This document shows positions 49,733-61,379 of a stretch of 64,000 bases of DNA, piece after piece; the stretch's first letter is position 1; each line of letters begins with the position of its first letter. The DNA comes from Selaginella moellendorffii (taxonomy: Eukaryota > Plantae > Lycopodiophyta): positions 2,120,866 through 2,184,865 of the forward strand of contig NW_003314279.1 in NCBI RefSeq assembly GCF_000143415.4. Reading direction: 5' to 3'. The notes under the pieces were generated by a model that did not search any database, was not told the origin of the DNA, and saw nothing but the letters and a program-made list of their open reading frames with translations. A program made the position numbers and the translations under genes.

Positions 49733-52700
49733 ATGGCAAATCAACAATCTCCTCCTTTGACTCTGGAGCAGCAGTTGGTACAATTGCTTGATGCTATGTG
49801 CTTGCAATTGAACAACCAAACTCAATTGATAGCGGCATTCACGGCACGTGGTACAACTCCTTTTGCTCTTGGTGCCAATCCTCGCGTTCAACCGGAGTTC
49901 TTTAGCGGGAATCCTGGGGATGATGTGTACCATTGGTTTGATCACTTTACGGTGATTGCCACATATCATTCTTGGGATGATGCTCGACATTTGCGTGAGT
50001 TTCCCACATGTCTCCAAGGGACGGCATTGCGGTATAACAGTTTGGGAGCAGCCACTCGCGGGGATTGGAGTGTTCTTCCGGATGTCTTCAAATGTGTCTT
50101 CGGACATGCCAATGACTGTGATGATGCTTTCCAACAATTGCATCGTCTTCGCCAAGGGCCACCTGAGTCAGTGATGCAATTTGGTGTTCGTTTCCGAAGT
50201 CTTTTGCTTCGTGTGGAGCCACATATATCAGAGCTGATCAAGCTAAGAATGTTGTAGCTAGCACTTCGTCAAGATCTTGTCGGACTTGTGCATGCACTTG
50301 CTCCCGCCACCCTTGACGATGCTCTTCGCTTGGCACAACGTTATGAGACGTTGCCTCTTCCACTTCTCGCTGCACGTCCTTCAGCTCCACTTCCTGTGGG
50401 TGATGGTCCTATTCCAATGGAGGTTGATGCTACTACTGCTCAAGTCCAAGGTCAAGGGCGAGGACGTGGTCGTGGCCGTGATGTTCGCTACTGGGCATGT
50501 GATAAAGTTGGTCATACTTATCGGCATTGTCGGCGTTTTCCGGATTGGCGACCTCCATTTCCTGGGTGGAGACCTTGGCATTAGCAACGTCCCGTTGGTG
50601 CTGCTGCAATGGAAGGTTTGCATCCGGAAAACGAGGAGTCACGCAAGTAATGGAGGGACCTTGCACGAATAAGTCAATGACCCTTCCATCTTTCTTTCGG
50701 GAGTATCATCAAGGGGTTCACTCGGCACCAGTTCATCCAGTGTTTACTTTCCAAGCTCGTCTTTATAACAAGAGGTCTCCTATTATTCTCTCCGTGTTGG
50801 TTAATATAGGTTCAAGTTTATCTTCTATTGCTCGACCTGTTACCACACGTTGTCGTCTACACTTGCGTCGTGCGGCGGAACCAGTTTTCATTCTTTATGG
50901 CAACAGCCGTACACATGCATGTGCACAGGATGAGGCAGACCTGGTTGTGCGTGTGGGCAATCTCAAGCTTGAGTTGCAGTCGTTGCGGGTGGTGCCGAGT
51001 CAAGCTTTTGACCTCATTCTTGGTATGGATTGGTTGCAGCACCATCATGCCAAGTGTGACTTTGAGGCTTCTCCCCCTTGTCTCATACTTCCTTATGTTT
51101 CATCCATTCCTCTCACTTCTGTACCTCTTCGTCCCTTTACTTCTACCTCTGCTTCCATTACTTTTGTTTCCCCACTCTTTCCTCCTATGTTTCCATCTTG
51201 TTCTGCTCTTCCCTTTTTCGATCCCTCCGACGATCTTTGTGTTGCAGCAGTTGACCGGCTCATAAAGGAGTATTCTGATCTCTTTGACTTTGACCTATCG
51301 TCTGGAGCCAAGATTGCCACACGTCATCCGATTCCAACTGGGGATGCTCATTCAATCAAGGTTCCTGTTCGTCGTCATTCACCAAAGGAAATCAAAATTT
51401 TACATGCAAATGTCAAGGAGATGTTGGAGAAGGGTGTTATTCGGAAGTCGAGGAGTCTTTGGGCATGTGAACCTCATCTTGTGACGAAGCCTGATGGGAG
51501 TATTCGTTTCTGCATTAACTATCATCCGTTAAACGACGTAACGATCCTGGATGTGTACCCTCTTCTTCACACTACTGATCTCTTGGATCGTCTGGGGCGA
51601 AATCGTTGGTTCTCCAAGCTAGATCTTGCTTCTGGGTATTAGCAAGTACCGATGGCCGAAGAAGATATTCCTAAGACTGCTTTTCGTACACCATTTGGTT
51701 TGTATGAGTTCTTGGTGATGCCATTTAGTTTGAACAATACTCCAGCAACTTTTCAACGGATGATGGACGAGGTTCTTTGCGATATGCTGGAGGTGATTGC
51801 TGACTTCATTGATGATGTCTTGATCCACTCGGAGGGGACGTGGGAGGAGCATATTCGTGATGTTTGTAAAGTGTTGGATCAACTACGCGACGTTGGTTTA
51901 AAGTTGAAGTGGTCGAAGTGCATGTTTGGATCCAAGGACACAACTTATCTTGGGTACTGTATTTCTCGTGAGGGTTTGCAAATTAATCCTAACAAACTTG
52001 TGGCTATTCTAAAGTTCCCTACTCCGAAGTGTGTGAATGATGTGCAGTGCTTCTTGGGCAAGGTGCAGTATCTCGGGCGTTTTATGGATCATCTTTCTGA
52101 TCGCACTGCACCATTGCGAGCGTTGTTGAAGTCATCAACATCATCTTTCATTTGGTCTTCAGATTGTGAGTGGGTGTTCAGGGATCTCAAAGAGTTATTA
52201 ACAACTCCTCCGGTTTTAGCATATCCTGACTACACTCGACCTTTTATTTTGCGTGTGGATGCTTTTAACATTGGTCTTAGAGGTGTGTTAATGCAAGAGA
52301 GCTCGAGTGTGCCTGGTCAGCGCCATCCCATTACATATATAAGCCGTACCTTACAACCAGCGGAGATGAACTACTCTACGACAGAGGAGTGTTTAGCGGC
52401 AGTCTGGGGTTTTGAGAAACTTCATGCATATCTACATGGTTCTCAGACATTACTTGAAGGTGACCATGCTGTTGTTACTTCGTTATTAAAGCGGAAGAAC
52501 CTGGTTGGTCGTACGGCTCAGTGGGCTTTGAAGCTTCAGATATATGATTTTGATGTTATTCACCGCCCAAGGAGTTCTATGGCTAATGCTGATGCCCTTT
52601 CTCGAGCTCCTCTTCCTTCTTCACTCTCTTCTCATGTTTCTGACGAGCCTGTTGTTCCAGCATCTATGGATTTTCTAGACGAGGATTCTATGCTGTCGGC

Positions 52701-54192
52701 AGTTGCTGTACTTGACATTTAGTGTCCACAAGGTGCAGAGCAAGATCTACCTTCGCTTGATGAGGTTCGTGAGGCTCAAAAGATTGAGCCCTAGATTCAA
52801 AAGCTTCGAGATGGGTTTGAGAATCCTGCATCACTTGCTGATGACTTGCCTTTCCGGCATTTACATTCTAAATATCGTCTTGAAGATGGCCTTCTTTATT
52901 TTGTGGGGACAGATCCTGATGATCATTTACGGCTGATGGTGCCTTCTATCTTTATTCCACGGTTTCTCCATACCTACCATGATTCTCCTGTTCTAGGTGG
53001 GCATATGGGACATCGTTGTGTAATTGAGAAGCTACGCAGGTCTTTCTATTGGCCGGAGATGCGACGTGATATTATTCGGTATGTGCGTAGCTGCATTTGG
53101 TGCCAAACTCGTAATACTCCCCCTCGAGCTACAGAAAGACGGTTGGAGTCAATTGTAGTTTCCCGTCCGTTTGAGTTTGTGGCGTTTGATCTTATGGGAC
53201 CTTTTCCACGATCAACTGCTGGCAATGAGTATGTTATTATTGCTTCTGACTATTTGACTCGTTGGGTGGAAGTTAGTGCTCCTTTTCCACAATCAACTGT
53301 TGGCAATGAATATGTTATTATTGGTTCTGACTATTTGACTCGTTGGGTGGAAGTTAGTGCTCTTGCTAGCGCCTCTGCAACTACTGTTGGATACTTCCTC
53401 CTCAATCAAGTGGTGTTCCAGCATTCTTGTCCAGAGCGCATTCTTTTGGATAATGGTCCCGCATTTATGGCTGAGACATTTCATGTTTTGACGTCTCGGT
53501 TGGGGATTCGCTACACTTTCATGAGTGCTTATCATCCACAATCAGACAGTCTGGTGGAACGGCTCGTTCGGACGTTCAAGGGGATGATTGCAAAGTATGT
53601 GAACTTTCAGCATTCGGATTGGGATAGTTAATTGTCGTCTCTTCAATATGCATATGTCACTAGGGTGCAGAGTTATGTTGGTGCTTCACTATATAAACTT
53701 CTATATAGTCATGATCCAATATTACCAACAGAGTTGGGTTTACCTTCGCGATTGCCACGAGCTGCGGATGCTAGGTCATGGGATCAATATTTGACAAACA
53801 TTCTTCCACTTGTCCGAGCGGAGTCTGTCGAACACTTAGGCTGCATACAAGTGGGACAACAATGGTGCTACAACTCCCATCATCGTCCACCTGTAGAGTA
53901 CAAAGTGGATGATTTGGTGTTAGTCTGTTTTCCCCATCTTACGGTACGTGGTTTATTTAAGGGGCTCCTTGCACAGTGGAAAGGACCGTATCGGGTGTTA
54001 CGGCAAGTTGGACCACAAGTTTATGAGGTTTGGCATGACATCCAACAGGCCGATCCTCCAGAGGTTGTGCATGTGCAGCGGTTGAAACACTTCATACAAA
54101 GGGATCATGAGCAGTTAATACCATCTACAAATCTACCGATGCCTCCTCCTGATGTTCCTCCAGATCCCGGCCCGTCTACAAGAGAACCCTAA
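49733..54192 (+). pseudogene. Disrupted gag-pol polyprotein
   Basis: Gag FSG..DD..W, PMEVD, knuckle YxxCxxxGHxxxxC. Protease VLVNIGSS. RT KTAFRT..LYEFLVMPF, FIDD. RNase H. Integrase HHCC, D..DNG..E and GPY. Stops at 50255, 50582, 51640 and 53629, frameshift near 52720. Confidence 0.93.
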
Positions 54193-54224
54193 TGATCTTC
54201 CATTATTCCAAGAGGAGGGGATGA

Positions 54225-54399
54225 TGTGAAGGCCAAGTGTACAGCTACGATGCCGTATACTAATATTAGCGCAGTGGGATTTTGGTAGTCGTCAGATTGG
54301 TTTTAATCCGGACCACTCACTGCTGTATATAAGCTAGGGTTTTTGGGCTAATTGATATGCACATTTTTGTATTCCCTTTCTATATTCCATGCACTCACA
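54225..54399 (+). repeat. 3' LTR preceded by polypurine tract aagaggaggggatga
   Basis: Matches the 5' LTR. Confidence 0.95.
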
Positions 54400-55703
54400 T
54401 ATTAATATTTAAATAATTTTTAGTGTAAATTACTTCTATTGTAGTTTCTAACTAAATTTCTTATTAATGCTACATTTCAATAAATATCTTCTTTCTTAAA
54501 GTTTATATATTGTAGTCTTCAATTGGATTTATTTCTCATGATAAAAATTAATGAATATCATATACATATTTTAAATTTTTAACTAGTAATTTAATTACTT
54601 TTATCAAAGTTTCTAAGTAAAGTGCTTTAAAATTTGGTTAAAATCCCACTCTTAAGTGCTAAGATTACATGTGAATATGATAATTGAGCTTTATAAGTTT
54701 AGTTAATTGCTCTCTTTATTTCAACATAATAATTTTTATTTAATGTTTGCAAAAGTTTCCTTTAATTACCCATGAATAATTACACAAAGTTAAAAAAGTA
54801 TAATCACTATGTACTTCACCTTTAATAAAAAAATACCATATAATTGAATCTGAAAAGGATTGTATATAGAATTTACGAATGTTATCCTTGTCAAATTTTA
54901 CTTCAAAGGTATTAATGTTTTTTTCTTTAATTAGGTATTTTTATTTATGATTTTGAATAAAACTATTATCTTAATAAATCAATCATTTGTATAAACCCTA
55001 ATAGTAAGTTAATGAGATGCCTTAATTGAATTATTTATCTCGTCATACGCATGGAGGAAATTTCAACCCACATATTTATGAAATACAAATTAAAAAATTT
55101 ATAAAAGTTAAAATATTGACATTTCATCTCACATATCTATGAAATACACATAAAAGAAATTATAAAAGTCAAAATATTGATTTACTTATCAACTTTATCC
55201 TTCTATTAATCTTGAAAATACTTGATAAATTCTCTTTAATTTTGAAAATTCACCTCAAAATGTTTGATAAGTTACTTAATCTTAGCTCACATAATAGTAT
55301 CATTATAATAAGCTTGAATTAAATGATATATAATATTTTCAAAATGTTTCCATATTTCCCCATAATTTCACTTGACAAATAATATGTTTGAGCAAATTCC
55401 TCTTTACATGCCAAGTACATAATAGAATTTGACAATCAAATGTAGCTCTATATAAAAGTAAAATGAAATTAAATTATAGCATATTAAATTAATTACCCTA
55501 TAACATTAATCTCCACTTCAACATCATCAATTAATGGTTTTCCAATCTAATATGTGTTCAAAAATTTAATTCTTAAGCATTGTCATTCATTAGGAATTGT
55601 AAATTATCAAAGATAAAATAAATGAAAGCTTTACTTTATAGCAATTACTTTCAAAAGTTTATTTTTCCTGAATCATAGACATACATAACACTTCATCATT
55701 ATA

Positions 55704-56115
55704 CAGATCCAGTAGCACTTTCCAGACAAATCCAACCCCCATTGCAGTGTTTCTACACTCTGGTTCCCTTTTCCAAGCAAAGTGCTAGGAGAATCTTAAA
55801 TGCTCCAGTAAGAGGATTCCATACTATAAGATCTTTCCCTTTCACCCCAAGTAACAAACCACTGCTAGCATATAAAACATAATCCATGTCATGCTCCATA
55901 GCAACCCAGCTTGCTTCTTGTCCCACAAAGCGGTTGCATCTGTAAAGAAACCTTTGGCACATATACTCTAGACCCAAAACATGAGGACTACGATTCAAGT
56001 GGTGTGTGTAGTGAAGAGCTGCAACGGGTGTCTCTATGAGATCCTTCCATGCCTTGCACACGGCTCTCACGCGGAAGTGTAAAACAGCTGCTGGCAGGCG
56101 CTTGAGCACCTCCCC
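55704..56115 (-). pseudogene. F-box gene fragment
   Basis: EVLKRLPAAVLHFRVRAVCKAWKDLI (F-box C-terminal half) and ASSGLLL..LIVWNPLTG (F-box-associated motif). Lacks the F-box start and stops early. Confidence 0.75.
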
Positions 56116-56158
56116 ATTTTCATTTTCTTTAGCCAAATTCAAACCTAGTCTTAAGTGT

Positions 56159-57245
56159 CGCTGATCAAGAATGCGAGGTGCCCGAGGAGAGCGCCAGTAG
56201 CAGCGAAGATCGGCACGAGTGAGAGGAAATCTCTCTCCACATTTCTGGAAGTTGAGCCTGAGATTCACAGCTGTGGAGAAGCATGAAGCTGTGATGAAGT
56301 AGGCAATGTTTTCTCTCCGCTTTTCTCGTGCCTTTGATATCTTCTCGCTGGCGAGCTCCCAGATACACCAAGAAATTCGCTTGGCAACATTGTCGAAAGA
56401 TCTTCCAGATCCAAAGTTATAACTTTTCTATGTTGCAAGAGTCAGATCTCATTCACGTTTTGGCAGCTCGATCCAGATGTCCAAGCTGCATTTGCTGTGG
56501 CCTTTGACAACATCTATAAATTTCTCGCACGGCGGAAAACTCAAGAGCTTGAAGTAGAAACCATGCCCGGTAACTTGGAGCTTTCGTGATAAATGCTTAC
56601 TCCCCAGCTGTTCTAGGGAGTTAAATGCCGGCAAGTTGCGAGGAGTATCGACGGGCCTTTACGTTCCTGGATCAACAGCGCTTATGCTAGCAGTGGTACG
56701 TCATGTCTTTCACTGATCTTTCTTCTTAAAGCTGCGAGATTAATAGCCCGCAAGTATTGCCGGATGTGAGACCATTGTTCTTGCAACTCCACCACGGTCA
56801 GACGGTTCAATCTGTCCGGTATGTGTTACTTTTTCTTTCCACGAAAAGTTTTCAAGCTTGATGGAGCAAGGAAGTTTTATATTGCGCTAAGAAAGCTGGA
56901 GAAGCACAGGCACTTGAAAGTATTTTTTCTCTCTTGTTGCATATACTCATTTTTGGAACTGTTTAGGCCGTAGCTGCCATGCCATGAGGAACTCATTCCT
57001 GTCCAAAAGTAAGAACTGTTGGTGACACTTCCGTGACTGACATTCCATCTCCATATTGCCACAGGTTGACAAGATCCTGGGCCCTGGAAATCAGTATGTA
57101 ACTGCTGCGAAGATGCTGCTACAGGTATAAAGTTGCGTTTGCTTTTCTTACAGAATAGGGAGTCTATGATCTCCATAAATATGCCTGCTGGTCCCTCGGA
57201 AGTCCTTGTCATCGCGGATAAAAACGCGAATGCGATCCATGTAGG
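56159..57245 (+). pseudogene. Partial histidinol dehydrogenase duplicate A (intron-containing, inverted relative to the parent)
   Basis: Reverse complement of about 47215-45789 with many deletions, e.g. gacaagatcctgggccctggaaatcagtatgtaactgctgcgaagatg. Confidence 0.92.
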
Positions 57246-57389
57246 AGCTTCCCTGGGGAGTCGAGCGTCGCAATAATAAAATAACTCACAATGAAAACAA
57301 AATTCTGCTACTTTCTTTCCTTTTAACTCCTTAACATAAGGCAGAGTCATTCACTTGGGGAAACGAAGCCATCGGCATGAGGATTGCCC

Positions 57390-57730
57390 CTGCTTAAATA
57401 GGTACGATATTGTCATCCTCATGGAAACTTGGGAAGCAGAAGATCGACAGCTCGGTGACTTCCCAGGGTTTGAGAAATACACTACCTGGGCAAATGTCCG
57501 CAGACCGCATTGAACATTAGCCATTTACATCCACCAGGAATGGAACATCAAGATCCATTCAATCACCCATGGCCCAGATGGACTCTTCACAGCTATAACA
57601 TTTGACACAGGTGGAACCAAGCCACTGATCATCTGTGGATGCTATTTTCCCCCCATGTTGATCCAACACCTTACGATCACCTGATAGACCATGTCACTGT
57701 TGACCTGCTTCTTTTAGGAGACTAAGCACT
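57390..57730 (+). mobile_element. Degenerate LINE endonuclease fragment
   Basis: NRYDIVILMETW (APE-type endonuclease motif), later LIICGCYFPP and DLLLLGD. Interrupted by stops and frameshifts. Confidence 0.6.
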
Positions 57731-58227
57731 ACAAAGTCATTGCACATACCTTTGTGATCCTTATGCAAATTCACGCGCATGGGAGCCGAGGATCACGCCC
57801 TCAACCTCACAGGAGACAAGCTCCTCACTTTGCCATGACAAATGAACTCTATCTTTAAGGGTGCCATGAAATGACGGGGGTCACCTGCTAGACATGGAAT
57901 GTGAGTTCCACGCCCAGCTCATTTTGCAGATTGGATGATGTACACGAAAATATTTGACCATCCACCCATATCAAAGGGTAGAGGCATAAAATTAGGTCAT
58001 CTCAGCAAAAAGTGTTTTAACAGTTTTCGTGGAAAGGCAAATGATTTCCACTGTGGGTTTTTACACATTTAAAGGTAAGAATGCTCATTTAGGCTTGAGT
58101 TTTCTGAAGGATCCTAAAGAATATTCACCCGTTTGCACTTAGTTACCTCTAGATGAGGATCAGATTTATGCTCGTTTGGCTGCACCCAGTTCTCCCTTCC
58201 ACACCTACACTGTGTAAGGATGGCCCC

Positions 58228-58620
58228 AGCACTTTGCTTGGAAAGGGAACCAGAGTGTAGAAATACTGGAATGGGGGTCGACTTGTCTGGAAAGTGCTAC
58301 TGGATCTGTTTAATACAAGGTTGCTCTGCCTCTTGGCTGGTCTGGCATATATTACTCTGCTGCAATTGTCAAGGATAACAATCTATATGCATACTGTAAA
58401 AGCAGCTTATCCTTAGAAGCGACATCATTTAACCATCCTCAATTTTATGGTTGGAGCTTTCCAACCCAACTAAATTACATGGAATAAATGCTGCTGGATT
58501 TGTGATTTTCACAGGTGATATATTTGTGGTGACAACTGGAAGATATAATAATAGAAAAACTCACAATGAAAGTAAGGCAGAGTTTCTTTGTTTTTAAACT
58601 CCGAACACTTCTCTCACTTG
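58228..58620 (+). pseudogene. Second F-box-gene-related fragment; 58228-58310 is an inverted copy of about 55704-55787
   Basis: agcactttgcttggaaagggaaccagagtgtagaaa...ttgtctggaaagtgctactggatctgt matches the reverse complement of 55704-55787. Right extent uncertain. Confidence 0.55.
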
Positions 58621-58965
58621 GTAAAGGGATGCCCTTCTTCGAATCGTGGATTGACGCTAGTATATAGATGTTAGTAGACTTTGATTATGAATATCTGGAC
58701 TCACGCACAAATCAAACTCAAGAGAAACGGGCTTGCAGTTTCAAATCGCCCAACACGGTTGATAGGTTGAATCGAGTTGGTCCTCCAATTCTTTCATAAA
58801 AAGCCAGAAATTTGTGGTGCATAACCAGAATTGTGTTCTCGTAGACATATAGGTTCCTCGGTACCAGGCCCTTCCTCCACAAATCCTTTAGTAGGATCCA
58901 TCCTCAACAAGTAAGATTTTGAATTGTCTGCAGTTGCCACAAAGAAGGACTTTGCGGAAGCTCAG

Positions 58966-60024
58966 CTAAAGCTTAACGAACCTACATGGATCGCATTCGC
59001 GTTTCTATCCGCAAACTTCCGAGGCTTTGGAGATTGCTAATCTGTATGATAGAAAAGCAAAAGACACAACTTAGCAACATCTTCGCAGCAGTTACATTCT
59101 GATTTCCAGGGCCCAGGATCTTGTCAACCTATGGCAATATGGAGATGGGATGTCAATCACGGAAACGTCACCAACAGTTCTTACTTTTGGACAGGAATGA
59201 GTGCCCCATGCCATGGCAGCGGCCTAAAGATGAGTATACGCAACAAAAAGAGTTTCAAGTACCTGTGCTTCTCTTTCTTAGCGCAATATAAAACTTCCTT
59301 TGCTCCATCAAGCTTGAAAACTTTTCGTGGAAAGAAAAACAAACACATACCGGCTTCGATCGACAATCGTCTCACATCCGGCAATACCTGCGGGCTATTA
59401 GTCTCGCAGCTTTAAGAAGAAAGATCAGTGAAAGACATGACGTACCACTGCTAGCATGAGCGCTGTTTTCAGGAACGTAAAGGCCGACGGCGTCAATACT
59501 CCTCGCCACTCGCCGGCATTCAACTCCCTGGGTGGCAAACAACCGAGGAGTTGGCATTTATCACACATGCTCCAAGTTACCGGACTCGGATACTTCAAGC
59601 TGTTTTCCGCTGTGCGAGATGAAATTTATAGATGTTGTCAAAGGCCACATCAAAGGCAGCTTGGACATCTGGATCGAGCTGCCAAAACGTGAATGAGATC
59701 GGACTTTCTTTGCGGTTGCAGAAAGATAGATCGAAAAGTTATACCTTTGGATCTGGAAGGTCGGACATTCTTTCGACAATGTTGTCTTCCATAGAATTTC
59801 TTGGTGTATCTGCAAAGCTCGCCAGCGAGATGGTCTTAAAGGCACAAGAAAAGCAGCTTCATCGCCAGAAAATCTCATTTCAACTTTTGAAAGAAAAACT
59901 TGAAACGAGATTTTCTTCCTCAAGTGTGATTTCTTTCTCACTGTTTTTAAAATGGAGCCCTTCATAGAATTTCCCGCTCAAATATCGCCGCTGCTATTCG
60001 CCCACCTCGCATTCTCGATCAGCG
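58966..60024 (-). pseudogene. Partial histidinol dehydrogenase duplicate B (intron-containing, same orientation as the parent)
   Basis: Direct similarity to about 45750-47215 with deletions, e.g. ttaagaagaaagatcagtgaaagacatgacgtaccactgctagcatgagcgctgtt. Confidence 0.92.
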
Positions 60025-60079
60025 GTTGAGCAGTCATATTATTAGGGTTTTCCGCAGGGTTTTATTAGGTCAGCCAGGC

Positions 60080-60687
60080 ATGGCGGAGGAGGAAGAGGAT
60101 CCGTGGAGCGATGGCGATGGCGATGGTGGTGAAGGCCCTCGAGAATCCGAATGGCAGAGCAGGAATTTCCACACGGTAGTGTCACTCTTCCTTCGATTCG
60201 CTCGAGTTTCCGTTTGATCGAGCGCAGATTTTCTAGCTCGGATACCGCGATGGTCTCTTTGCTGGGAAAGAATCGTCGGCACAGAAGGGGTTCGACGCTG
60301 GATTCAAGGAGTCGGCTCCAGCCGGATTCGATTGGGGGATTGCGAGAGGCATTACAAGGTCTTTTGGATCTTTGCTTTTCTTCTTCTAGAGATTGTAACA
60401 ACTTTGGTGTTTGTAGTGCTTTTGCGGCATTGTCACCGAGGCATCAAGAGTTGCTGGCTCCGGACAAGAATGCGCGCGACGATCTAAAGTCTCTGCGCGA
60501 TTCCATCTCCGGTATTTCCTCCAACGATGCTTTGGCCTCGTACCACAGCCACCAAGTCCTACGAGACGAAACCTCCACCGTGGCTGACGTTGGTGTCTTG
60601 AGCTCTCAAGCCAAAGCAGCGGCAGACAAAGCTTCCATCGCCTACGATGCTCTTCTACAAAATAGTCGATCCAACAATCTCAGGTAA
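60080..60687 (+). CDS. YAE1-like (Yae1_N domain) protein, 3 exons
   Basis: MAEEEEDPWSD...RNFHT|LGYRDGLFAGKESSAQKGFDAGFKES..GF.WG.ARG, the GxxxG-repeat Yae1/Lto1 signature. 3' end assumes no further splice at 60683. Confidence 0.8.
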
Positions 60688-61379
60688 AAGCTTCTCAAGC
60701 CTGATCCCTTTATCGCTAAAGTAGCCAACTTCAGCATGACGGAAGTTCCAAGAAGTTGACAGAACGAGATGGACACAAACATATTTGCGAAAAGTCTCGA
60801 CGATCCGACACGAAAAGTAGCTAGGAAAGTTTCTCAAGACTTGAGTGGTTTTGGTGGACGAGAAGGCTGTTTTCGTGGACTTTTAGGTGGTTTTCTTCGG
60901 TGCGAAGAAGCTGGCTGCCATTCGCAAAGCTGGATTCCCCGGCAGCCACGCTGCTTGCCGCGAAGAAACTATTTTTTGGAATTCCAAGTCTTTGTGCGGT
61001 GGCAACAGTGGACGCCGTGCTCATCGACACCAACACCGTCAACAGTGAAAGAAGCCTGGCGATGCTCCTCTTTCCAAAGTACGAGCCAAGTCGACAAGGA
61101 ATGTGTCGCGCACTTGCGCGGGTCAAACAACGCACGGGGACCTTTGACACGGAGGACGGATCTTTGGCTTTGGACCGGGCTCCAACACAAGCAGTGTCGG
61201 GACTCGCCGAGTTCCCGTGCCGGCATCTTTGAACGGATCAAATCCATATCCAAAGCCCAGCCTCTTCCTTTTCTCGTCATTATCATAAAGGAAAAAAGAG
61301 AGAAGCAGAAAGATCTGATAGATAGCTCCTGGCTAACATTCGCTTGTATAAGAGCACTTTCGCGCGCGCTGGGCGAGGC

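Larger units (their letters stand above)
47791..54399 (+). mobile_element. Full-length inactivated Ty3/gypsy LTR retrotransposon
   Basis: 175-bp LTRs (47791-47965, 54225-54399, TG..CA, 12 mismatches by manual count), TATT on both flanks, PBS at 47967, PPT at 54210-54224, domain order gag-PR-RT-RH-IN. Confidence 0.96.
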
